Positions 40,258-48,390 of a stretch of 64,000 nt of DNA are shown piece by piece. The position numbers and the translations under genes were made by a program. The stretch comes from Desulfobacterales bacterium (GTDB lineage Bacteria; Desulfobacterota; Desulfobacteria; Desulfobacterales; UBA5852). Under the pieces are notes generated by a model. That model was not told the origin of the DNA and did no database searches. It was given only the letters and a program-made list of their open reading frames with translations. Position 1 is the stretch's first letter. Every line of letters starts with the position of its first letter. Location: contig CAXXVS010000003.1 in NCBI GenBank assembly GCA_963674755.2, positions 128,001 to 192,000 of the forward strand, given 5' to 3'.

Positions 40258-41796
40258 TCAGGGCGCCATGCGGAAAAAGGCGGCATGATTGGAGGTGAAA
40301 AACGGGGGGTCGTTGTTCAGGATGGCGCGGATAGGGGCCGGCTTCTTGAATTCCTTGGCCAGGAAACGCCGCACCGCATCCCGCTGCCAGCCCTGGGGGT
40401 GCACGAACTCCCGGTAGAGGGTCAGATCGCCGTCGTAAAACGGCACGGTCTTAAGCGCGGCCGCCTCCTCGCTGGTGGCCGGCAGGTTGAAGACGGCCAG
40501 GTTGAGGTAATCGATGGCGCCGGCATGCGCCAGGGTGAAGGCCAGGGTGCGGCGGGCGGCCGCCTCGGTTTCGGCCGGGGTGCCGAACAGCAGGTAGACG
40601 TAGGTGGCGATGCCGGCCTGCTTGAGGGTCTTTAGGGCGGTCGAAACGGTCGCCAGATCCACCCCCTTGCCCAGGGCGTCCAGAACGGACTGGTCGCCGG
40701 ATTCCACCCCCAGCTTGAGCATGACGCAGCCGGAAGCCCTGAGGCCGCGGACGAAGGCCGGATCGGCCAGATGGGGCGTGATGCGGGCGAAACCATACCA
40801 GGGCGCGCCGGGTGGATGGTCGATCAGGTGGGCCATCAAACGGGGCGCCAGGGCGTTGTCCAGAAAATGGATCAGGGGCAGGGCGGGCGACGACGCCAGC
40901 GTTTTGAGCTCGGCCACCACCGCCGCGGGCGCCATGGGCCGATAAAGCGTCTTCTCCGCTTTCTCCGGACAGAAGGCGCACTTGCGCCAGTAGCAGCCCC
41001 GGGAAGTGCTGTAGGGCAGCACCCGGCGCGGCGCCAGGTAGTCCCCCCAGGGAAAGGAAGAAAAATCGTATCCGCCGCCGGAACCGGCATCGGCCGGGCG
41101 TCCGCCGCACATGGCCAGCAGGGCCGCTTCCCCCGGCCCGGCCACCAGCTCGTCCACCAGCCCTTGAAAAGGATTGCGAAACCCCGGGATGTTCAACCAC
41201 GAGGTCACCAGCCCGCCCCCGCATACGATTTTGGCGTTCGGAAGCCGGGCCCGGAGCCAGCCGATGATGGCAAAGGCGCACAGGGCGTGGCTCATGAAAT
41301 TGACGGACAGCCCCACGATGGTCGGTTCTTCTTCTTTTAATAAGGTGCCGAGCGTTTGTGAGAAGACGGGATAGAAGGGATTGTCTTCGTACGCTTCGGC
41401 GGCCCGCACTAAATCACCGCTGCGCAGGGGCGAGAGGCGCTGCGCTTCGAAGTTGGCCAGGGAAATAGCCGCATCGTAGGGCCGACCGGCCAGGGCAAGC
41501 GCCCGGTTCACGTCCATCACGGCGCGTTTATAGCGGTCCCGGTGGCGGTAGAGGTCCGGCGATCGCAGGGCGCTCACGTTGGCGGCCCGGTGTTTCAGGG
41601 CCCGCCGCGACCATGTGTCTTCGGCGTCGAAAGGGCGCTGTAGCAGGCCCAGAATTCCGTCCAGGCCGGCATCGTAGACCCGGCAGCGGATCCCGGCGGC
41701 CCCCAGCGTTCCGGCCAGCAGAGCCAGTCCGGCCGGGGGCTCGCAGGGCTTGGCCACGGGGGGATAGATCAGCAGAATGGAAGGCTTGTCCCTCAT
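40258..41796 (-). CDS. B12-binding-type radical SAM protein
   Basis: LLIYPP..PPAGLA N-terminus, VCGGG, GPGE, SRGCYWRKCAFC, LGVESG. Confidence 0.87.
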   Translation of the reverse strand: MRDKPSILLIYPPVAKPCEPPAGLALLAGTLGAAGIRCRVYDAGLDGILGLLQRPFDAEDTWSRRALKHRAANVSALRSPDLYRHRDRYKRAVMDVNRALALAGRPYDAAISLANFEAQRLSPLRSGDLVRAAEAYEDNPFYPVFSQTLGTLLKEEEPTIVGLSVNFMSHALCAFAIIGWLRARLPNAKIVCGGGLVTSWLNIPGFRNPFQGLVDELVAGPGEAALLAMCGGRPADAGSGGGYDFSSFPWGDYLAPRRVLPYSTSRGCYWRKCAFCPEKAEKTLYRPMAPAAVVAELKTLASSPALPLIHFLDNALAPRLMAHLIDHPPGAPWYGFARITPHLADPAFVRGLRASGCVMLKLGVESGDQSVLDALGKGVDLATVSTALKTLKQAGIATYVYLLFGTPAETEAAARRTLAFTLAHAGAIDYLNLAVFNLPATSEEAAALKTVPFYDGDLTLYREFVHPQGWQRDAVRRFLAKEFKKPAPIRAILNNDPPFFTSNHAAFFRMAP

Positions 41797-42092
41797 GTCG
41801 CCGTCGGCATTTGTCCTTGATCCCCCCTATGGTGACGATAGCGGCTCATGGTCCTGATGTGGAGCGGGCCGGCATGAGCGCCGCCAATGTCATGCGGATC
41901 AGATGATCGGTGAAAAATCGGCTTAAAGGGCCGGCTGGCCTTTCGGGGCGACTGTTGCCGTGGCGGCCGAAAGCGCTTGCGAATCGCATCCCGCCTTGCC
42001 AAGCCTGGAGCAGACCTGCTACATAGCTCCCGTCGGAAACGCTTGCCGGGGCCTGGCCCTGACCGAACCGCGGCGCCGGGTTGCATTCCCCG

Positions 42093-43673
42093 ATGGACGC
42101 CAACAACCGGAAATCGGGCATGTATGATGCCATCCTGATATCACCGCATTATCACTACGACAGCGAAGGGCAACCCCTCCCCGCCCAAGATGCCGTCGCC
42201 GTCCAAAATCTATCCATGATCATCCCGCTGGGCATCCTTCACGTGGCCCAGCACCTCCAAGATCGCGGTTACCGGGTGCGCGTGGTGCACCTGCCGCATA
42301 CGTTCTACGCCTTACAGCGCCTGGGCCTCGCCGTCAACCAGATGCCCAATCCGTTAGAAACCATTCTATCCCAATTCCCGGCCCGCATCTGCGGTATTCA
42401 AGCGCATTTCTATCTTTATTGCGGGGGGGCGGTTCGCGTGGCCGAGGTTTACAAAAAGATCTTCCCCGACAGCGCCGTTCTGGTGGGCGGTTTCATGGCA
42501 ACCGCCTGCTGGCAGGACTTCCTGACCATGCCCGGCATCGACGGCGTCGTGCTGGGCGAAGGCGAGAAGACCTTTGAGCGCGTCATCGAAAAAGCAACCG
42601 AACCAGGCACGGGGTTTTTAACCACCATCGACGGCGTCGCCGCCCGCAACGACCAGGGCTGCGGTGTGGCCCGCCCGGCGCGCCCCGACGGCCTGCTGCC
42701 GCTGGAAGCGATGCCGCTCATCGCACCGAAGGCCAAACCGTTTGCCGACCTGTTATGGCCGCGACGCAGCTTCATCAATATTTCCCGCGGGCTGTGCCCG
42801 GAAGCCTGCACCTATTGCGTGGCCAACAACCGGACCATCAACCCGCGTCGGTTTCAGTTCATGCAGATCGATCGGATTCTCGCGCAGCTGCACTTGTATC
42901 AGGACCACGGCATTCAAAGCGTTTTTTTGGGGGAAAATCATTTCCTGGACACGGCCTTCATGAAAACGTTGATCGCGGCCATCATCGGCGAGAAGCTGAA
43001 CCTGAGCTTCGAGCTGGAAACCCACCCCGCGCTGTTTGATGACAAGGACCTCCTGCCTAAAATGGTCACGGCTGGTTTTTACCGCTACACCATGGGCTGC
43101 GAGAGCGGTTCCGACGCTCTCTTGAAGCGCATGGGGCGCCGCTCGAGTTCGAGACAGATCATGGCCGGCGTCCGGCGCATTGCCGACGCAGGGGGGCTGG
43201 CGGTGACCTCCTGGATATGCAACCTGCCGGGGGAGACGGAAGCTGATTTTGCGGCCACCACGGAAATGCTCGCCCGCGTCGTCGCGGCCGGCGGCTTCAT
43301 CTACTGGATCGAAAACCTGCACGTCCTGCCCGGCAGCCGGCTCTACGAGAATCCGGCCCGATGGCAAATCGACATTTTGCTCGCGCGCCTGACCGACTGG
43401 ATCCGCTGGGCGCAGATCTCCAAAACCTTTGTGACCCCCGAGGAGGCCGCCGGGGATCCGCAGCGCTACCTGACCCATCGCAACCACGGGACGACCCCGC
43501 AGGAAATGATCCGGCGCTTCTACATCCAACGCGGACGCGCCCGTGACCTGGTCCCGGAGATGAAGGCCAATCTGGCGGATCGCGCGGACCATCTGCCGCC
43601 GGAACTGGTGCACACCGAGACGCAGAAGCTCGACTGGTATGCCGTCAAGGGCTGGCAGCTGCTGTTGTTCTAG
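42093..43673 (+). CDS. cobalamin-dependent radical SAM protein
   Basis: PLGILHVA, VLVGGFMA, VVLGEGE (B12 domain); SRGLCPEACTYC; GCESGS; LPGET. Confidence 0.9.
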   Translation: MDANNRKSGMYDAILISPHYHYDSEGQPLPAQDAVAVQNLSMIIPLGILHVAQHLQDRGYRVRVVHLPHTFYALQRLGLAVNQMPNPLETILSQFPARICGIQAHFYLYCGGAVRVAEVYKKIFPDSAVLVGGFMATACWQDFLTMPGIDGVVLGEGEKTFERVIEKATEPGTGFLTTIDGVAARNDQGCGVARPARPDGLLPLEAMPLIAPKAKPFADLLWPRRSFINISRGLCPEACTYCVANNRTINPRRFQFMQIDRILAQLHLYQDHGIQSVFLGENHFLDTAFMKTLIAAIIGEKLNLSFELETHPALFDDKDLLPKMVTAGFYRYTMGCESGSDALLKRMGRRSSSRQIMAGVRRIADAGGLAVTSWICNLPGETEADFAATTEMLARVVAAGGFIYWIENLHVLPGSRLYENPARWQIDILLARLTDWIRWAQISKTFVTPEEAAGDPQRYLTHRNHGTTPQEMIRRFYIQRGRARDLVPEMKANLADRADHLPPELVHTETQKLDWYAVKGWQLLLF

Positions 43674-43700
43674 TCGAAGCCATTCCACAAGGAGAGCGTG

Positions 43701-45935
43701 ATGTCCGATCTCAAAGCATTGAACCCCGAAGGCCTCCCCGCCAATTTCAATCTGGCGGAACACGGCGAAAAACCCATTATAACCATAGCCGTTCAGGACC
43801 GCACGCTCCGCCTGACCTATCAGTTTCCCGGCTACAGCTTTGCCGACCTTTCCGCAACGGCCGGAGCGGGCGCCGATCCTGCCGGCCAGACCGATTTCCT
43901 GCACGAGGTCGGCATCCGAGGTACCGGCTTTCTTTCCGAAAGCGGCAAACCGCTGCTGCCGTCATTTGGGCGGTTTCTTCAAATTCCGCCAGGCTTCACC
44001 TATAAGGTCCGGGTAGAAGAAAGCGGTCTGCGCGAACTGGAAAACATGAAGATCAGACCGGCCCAGGAGAATGCCACGGACCAGGCCCCCTGGACCTTCG
44101 AATTCGATGACGCGACTTATGGCAAGGATCACTTGTATCCCGAAAAGATCGTGGAAGTCAGCGAACCGTTTTACATGGACGGCTACCGCACCCTTTGCCT
44201 CCATGTCCGGCCCATGCAGTACAACCCCGCCAAGGAACGGCTCTACTGCTATAGCACCATCGAAGTGGCCGTCGAATTGTCGCCCGAACCCGCGCCCCAG
44301 GAAAGCGGCAAGGCAACCGGCGAAGTGCCCCTGTGGGCTTACCAGGACCAGAAGCGCAGTCTGGAGGGCTTCGGTAACTTTCTTTTCAACCCGGAACGGA
44401 AATTTTTTATCAAGGCGGGCCTTCGGGCGCCGACGGGCGAAATGGTGAAGCGCCGCGCCGATCAGCCGGAGTTTTTAATCCTCTACGGAGAAGCGCTTCA
44501 AACGCCGGCACGCAAGCTCCAGGTCTGGAAACGAAAATGCGGCCTGGATACCGACATTGTTCCCGTGGCGCAGCTTCTGGCCCCGCTGGGGGCGGGCAGT
44601 TCCTGTGCCGACCAGGTGAAGGCCATCAAAACCTTCATCCGGACGATGCGGGGTAAGCCCGGTTCGCCGCTGCGCTATGTCCTGCTCCTGGGCGACATCA
44701 GCACCATTCCCAGCGAAGAACGACCGCGGCCCGGCACAGGGGCGGTCCAATGCGATACCACCGATCTCTATTACTTCACCCACCGGGATGCCGAAAGGGA
44801 CGAATGCCTGTTACCGTGGGTGGCGGGCGGCCGTATTGCCGCCCGGGATGAAGGGGAGGGACTCGCCGTGGTGGACCAGATCATCCGCTACGAAAGCACA
44901 CCGCCCGAGGATCCGGACTATTTTACGCGCATGACCGTGGCAGCCTATTTCGAGGATAAGGACCGCCTGGGCCGGCAGGACGGCCGCGCCAACCAGGCCT
45001 ATATGAAAACCATGGAGTCGATCCGGGACCACATGGTTTCCCACGGTTTCGAAGTTCAACGGGTCTATGTTTCCAACAACCGCAGGCCGGCCGAATTCAG
45101 CGACGGGACGCCCGTGCCGCTGAAGCTAAGAGAAGAACTCATTTACAAGACGGACGGTCCTCTGGCCACCAAAAAACTAATGGGGCTGATCAATACGGGG
45201 CAGTTGATCATCGGCCACCGGGGCCACGGAGATCAGCTGGGCTGGCTCAATCCCCCGCTTAGAACGGCGGATATTCAATCGATTGCCGGCACCACCCCGT
45301 CCATCTTCTTCAGCATCAGCTGCCGCACGGGCAGTTTTGATGGTGCACGGGAATGCTTTGCGGAAGAGCTCCTGGCCATGAACGGCGGCGCCCCCTCCCT
45401 GGTCGCGGCCACCGAACTGTCCGGTTCCTGGCGCAACGACAGTATGATCAAAGCCCTGTTCGATGCCATCTGGCCGGGGGTTATTCCGACCTATCCGGTC
45501 ACGACGATGCGCTTCCCGGTAAAATACTACCGCATGGGGGACATCCTGAACTACGCCAAGGCTTATCTTCTGATCGCCCACGGCGTCAACGCCAACACCC
45601 AGAAGCATTTTGAAATCTATCACGTCGTGGGCGATCCGACGCTCCATGTCTGGGGCAGCGAGCCAGGGCCGTTGCGTCTGCGCACCCGGCTAGCGGAAGA
45701 CATCCTGGTGGTGAACATGAATAGCTGCCCCAGGGATGCCGTATTGTCCGTGTGGTATGAGGAAGATTGCCTGCTGAAGATGGAACCGACGGGAACCCGG
45801 CTGGCCATTCCGCTGATGCTTTTCGATCAATTGCCCGATGATGCCCGAAGCACAAAGCGGAAGAAGCCCTACCAGCTGTCCGTTTACCTCTGGGCACCGG
45901 GCCACCGCCTGGCGGCGTCGCACCTCTGGTTCTGA
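43701..45935 (+). CDS. C25 (gingipain-family) cysteine peptidase with propeptide domain, no signal peptide
   Basis: GKPLLP..PMQYNP propeptide; YVLLLGD, TDLYY, GRI, GHRGHG (His), SISCRTG (Cys), YHVVGDP. Confidence 0.88.
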   Translation: MSDLKALNPEGLPANFNLAEHGEKPIITIAVQDRTLRLTYQFPGYSFADLSATAGAGADPAGQTDFLHEVGIRGTGFLSESGKPLLPSFGRFLQIPPGFTYKVRVEESGLRELENMKIRPAQENATDQAPWTFEFDDATYGKDHLYPEKIVEVSEPFYMDGYRTLCLHVRPMQYNPAKERLYCYSTIEVAVELSPEPAPQESGKATGEVPLWAYQDQKRSLEGFGNFLFNPERKFFIKAGLRAPTGEMVKRRADQPEFLILYGEALQTPARKLQVWKRKCGLDTDIVPVAQLLAPLGAGSSCADQVKAIKTFIRTMRGKPGSPLRYVLLLGDISTIPSEERPRPGTGAVQCDTTDLYYFTHRDAERDECLLPWVAGGRIAARDEGEGLAVVDQIIRYESTPPEDPDYFTRMTVAAYFEDKDRLGRQDGRANQAYMKTMESIRDHMVSHGFEVQRVYVSNNRRPAEFSDGTPVPLKLREELIYKTDGPLATKKLMGLINTGQLIIGHRGHGDQLGWLNPPLRTADIQSIAGTTPSIFFSISCRTGSFDGARECFAEELLAMNGGAPSLVAATELSGSWRNDSMIKALFDAIWPGVIPTYPVTTMRFPVKYYRMGDILNYAKAYLLIAHGVNANTQKHFEIYHVVGDPTLHVWGSEPGPLRLRTRLAEDILVVNMNSCPRDAVLSVWYEEDCLLKMEPTGTRLAIPLMLFDQLPDDARSTKRKKPYQLSVYLWAPGHRLAASHLWF

Positions 45936-45987
45936 GGCAGGCGACCCGGTGTGGGCGTGGCCCGGCGACGTGGGCGTTTAATCAAAG

Positions 45988-46212
45988 CTAATAATCCACA
46001 TTCTCCGGAACATTGAAATCACGTTTGATCGTGTCCCGCTGAGCAATGATTTTATCGACGTCGGCCGCTGTTACACCGTCGTAGTTGTTGCTCGCGAAAA
46101 AATCCACAAGGTCCTGCCGGGTGCAGTCCGGGCTGGCGACAATACCCACAAACGCCGCCGAAAGGTCACGATCGCCACCGACATCGGTCAAGAAATCAAG
46201 AATACCTGCCAT
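45988..46212 (-). CDS. 74-aa small protein, candidate Nif11-like RiPP precursor
   Basis: MAGILDFLTDVGGDRDL..LVDFFASNNYDGVTAADV..KRDFNVPENVDY; AGGAG RBS; last gene of the minus-strand operon. Confidence 0.7.
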   Translation of the reverse strand: MAGILDFLTDVGGDRDLSAAFVGIVASPDCTRQDLVDFFASNNYDGVTAADVDKIIAQRDTIKRDFNVPENVDY

Positions 46213-46315
46213 GCTCTCCTCCATCTCTGTTTGGGGGTCCGAGACCCGTTTATAAACCCCGCACAACACCGCTGAGGGCCTCATCGGAAGCCGACGCCCC
46301 ATGCGGTGTTGGTCT

Positions 46316-47362
46316 CTATACAGGTTGTTCGATGCCGGCTAAAACCCTTTGACAATACGGAACTTCAGGCTGCATATCCATAACGGATGGCGAGGGGTGC
46401 AGCTTGCCGTGCTTGCGGCAGTAATCGATGTAAGAGCACATCGGGCAGGTGGTGTCATCCTGCGCAACCGCTTTGCGGTAGCAATCGCACGTTAATGTCC
46501 TAGTTATCATACCGGGTCGGTATTGTCCAATAATTTCCGGGGTTGAGTGGGCCAGGGTGATATCCAGGTTGGCGCGGACCATCAGTTTGCCCGGCCGCAC
46601 AAGGGCATGTGATCGCGGCACCAGGGGCAGCTGCAGCATCCCAGCCGCTACGTTGACCAGGGGATCGTTGAGGACATGGGTGTTCAAACCGCAAAGGTTC
46701 AGGGCGGATACCGTCCGCACCATTCGCAGAAAGTCATCCGGGCCCAGCAGCTCATCGCAAAAATCGCAGGGCCCGTTATCCAAGCGGAAAAGCTGAATCA
46801 GGGTCAACCGTTCGATGCCGCTGAAGGTTGCGTTCAGTTCCGCCGCAAAATCCGGCAGCTGCATCAGCAGTGTTTGCCCGAGAGCTGCAAAAACCGTCAC
46901 CGCCAGTCCGGCATCGAGGGCCCGGCGGATCCCTTCGGCCGCCCTGCCGTAAGCGCCCGCCCCGCGCATGGCGTCATGGAGAACGGCGGGTCCCTGCAAA
47001 CTCACCGAGATCCCCAGACCAGGGTAGCGCGCCAGCCGGCCGGCGACCGCTTCCGTCAGCAACAGGCCGTTGGTGTTTAAAAAAACGGACTCATAACCCA
47101 GATCGAAGACGGTCTCCAGGAGACCGAACAGGCCGGACCAGAGCAAGGGCTCCCCGCCCGTGAGATGCAGATGCCAAAATCCGGCCCCATAGGCTTCCCG
47201 GCAAAGGGTTTCTGCCAGTGCAGGCGTCAGGCGGTCTTCCGGCGTGACCCCCACCCGGGCAAAGCAGTGAACACATTCGCTGTTGCAGCGCGCCGTCAAC
47301 TCGATGCCCAGGTGGCCAACCTTGGGAACCTCGGGTCTTGGATCGCGCGCCCCAGCCTTCAT
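46316..47362 (-). CDS. radical SAM protein with C-terminal Cys cluster (SPASM/twitch-like)
   Basis: ELTARCNSECVHC, LTGGEPLL, NTNG, VSLQG..HDAMRG; CPMCSYIDYC..PYC; ATGA overlap with upstream stop. Confidence 0.88.
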   Translation of the reverse strand: MKAGARDPRPEVPKVGHLGIELTARCNSECVHCFARVGVTPEDRLTPALAETLCREAYGAGFWHLHLTGGEPLLWSGLFGLLETVFDLGYESVFLNTNGLLLTEAVAGRLARYPGLGISVSLQGPAVLHDAMRGAGAYGRAAEGIRRALDAGLAVTVFAALGQTLLMQLPDFAAELNATFSGIERLTLIQLFRLDNGPCDFCDELLGPDDFLRMVRTVSALNLCGLNTHVLNDPLVNVAAGMLQLPLVPRSHALVRPGKLMVRANLDITLAHSTPEIIGQYRPGMITRTLTCDCYRKAVAQDDTTCPMCSYIDYCRKHGKLHPSPSVMDMQPEVPYCQRVLAGIEQPV

Positions 47363-48348
47363 GGCGCTGTCCTCCCTTCGACGAGCGGCGCTGCCAGGCA
47401 TAGCAGCTCGTGCGCCAGCCCTTCCAGCTGAATCGACGCCATGGTCTTTGCCGCGCCGTCCAGCTCCCGCCTGATTCTGTCTATAAGGGTTTCCACAATT
47501 CCCCCTTGATCAATGGCCTCACGGATTTGTTGGATGCGCACGGCTGAGTTCCTCTCGCAAGGCCGATTCCATAGGTGCCGGACCGGCGGCGGCAGCATGT
47601 AGTAGACCGCAGAGGGGCTTCCGCCGGCCAGATCGGCGTCCATATCCTGCAGATCGTCCATGAGCCGCCAGGCCGTCCCAAAAGCACCGTAGGCGAACTG
47701 CAGGGCCCTGCAAAAAGACTCCTCCGCTGTTATCCCGGCGGCCAGGAGCACCGGCACGGTCATCCAGGTGGCCATCTGTTTCAGAAAATGCGTACAGTAG
47801 CCGTCCAGGTTAGTTACTGCCGGTGGCGCGTCGATGCTGGCATAGTAGTCGTTGGTCATGTCCCTGACGATCCCGTCGCCCTTCGGGATGGCGGCCGCCA
47901 GCGGTTTGAGGCCGGCATTCATCCGCAGCCAGGCCTGGCTGCGGAGTAATAAGCTCAGATGGCTGGCCGGCAGTTGCCCGTCATTGAGATGGTCATCCAG
48001 CGGATGCAGAAAGAGCGCCATGGCATGGGCTCTCAGGGCATGACGGTGGACCTGATGCCGTGGGAGGCCGCCGTCGGGTCTCAATTGTTCCAGCCAGTAG
48101 AGGATGGACCAGGACGGGGCGAAATAGTTTTGGAAGTAATTGAATTCCGGAAAAAAGGGTGTTTTGAAATGCTCCATTAAAAGGACGGCCGCATCGGTGT
48201 GCACGGATTCGGGCAGCGACCGCAGGAGATCCATCATCTCCTGGTTCATCTCATTGCGAAACGCCAGTTCGGCGGTGGCCAGCCGAACGTCACCGAATCG
48301 GGCGACCGGCGTTTTCGCTGCCGTTCTCGCGCTGGGATTATTTTGCAT
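47359..48348 (-). CDS. class I isoprenoid synthase-fold protein (prenyltransferase / terpene synthase-like)
   Basis: two Asp-rich motifs LDDHLNDG and MDDLQD..AD..G in a helical protein. Confidence 0.72.
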   Translation of the reverse strand: MQNNPSARTAAKTPVARFGDVRLATAELAFRNEMNQEMMDLLRSLPESVHTDAAVLLMEHFKTPFFPEFNYFQNYFAPSWSILYWLEQLRPDGGLPRHQVHRHALRAHAMALFLHPLDDHLNDGQLPASHLSLLLRSQAWLRMNAGLKPLAAAIPKGDGIVRDMTNDYYASIDAPPAVTNLDGYCTHFLKQMATWMTVPVLLAAGITAEESFCRALQFAYGAFGTAWRLMDDLQDMDADLAGGSPSAVYYMLPPPVRHLWNRPCERNSAVRIQQIREAIDQGGIVETLIDRIRRELDGAAKTMASIQLEGLAHELLCLAAPLVEGRTAP

Positions 48349-48390
48349 GGCGGAGCATTTTTTTTAACAACGCAGGCGGAGCGGTGCCGA

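Noticed and set aside
41900..42090. Cobalamin riboswitch between the two B12-rSAM genes
   Set aside because: Only a loose aagcctgg..agacctgc resemblance; the conserved GGGAA and GCCACTG B12-box elements were not found
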